Position numbers and translations under genes: made by a program. Under the pieces are notes generated by a model that worked only from the letters and a program-made list of their open reading frames with translations, was not told the DNA's origin and ran no database searches. A stretch of DNA of 63,803 nucleotides, filler included, from Octopus bimaculoides (Eukaryota), in NCBI RefSeq assembly GCF_001194135.2. It is 5 parts of 5 records of this genome, joined end to end, with 100 filler letters (N's around TTAATTAATTAA, not from the genome) between each part and the next. Parts side by side here need not be neighbours in the genome. Positions count along the whole stretch, not along the records: positions 62,715 to 63,803 come from NC_069001.1; 4 more parts are not named here. The stretch is one strand, 5' to 3'. Numbering within the stretch: the stretch's first letter is position 1; every line of letters starts with the position of its first letter. Shown piece after piece: positions 63,796 through 63,803 of this stretch.

Positions 63796-63803
63796 CTATA
63801 TAT

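Overview
Eukaryotic, repeat-dominated, gap-riddled DNA. The SINE/LINE repertoire suggests an octopus or other coleoid cephalopod (inference from recalled repeat families, not a database search). Four identical 100-bp synthetic spacers (44 N + TTAATTAATTAA + 44 N) at 24130, 50383, 60592 and 62615 split the window into five blocks whose adjacency is not supported by sequence. The only confidently identified gene is the 3' end of exportin-5 (XPO5), with three + strand exons at 26249-26389, 30413-30508 and 34774-34926; a ~23-codon segment expected between the first two could not be located. A likely signal-peptide first coding exon (23833-23950, +) is cut off by a spacer, and two weaker candidate exons lie on the - strand. 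The rest is mobile DNA and simple repeats: TAA-associated R4/Dong-type LINEs (two copies differ at 1 of 224 bp), Tx1/L1-clade and RTE-type LINE fragments, a Penelope-like element, mariner and Tigger remnants, four TTAA piggyBac-like MITEs and several tRNA-derived SINE families. The most interesting item is at 25752-25980: a tRNA-like Pol III head joined through a (TAA)n linker to a Penelope-type minimal hammerhead ribozyme, a candidate SINE/retrozyme hybrid in an XPO5 intron. Most long ORFs in the supplied track are microsatellite or N-gap artefacts.
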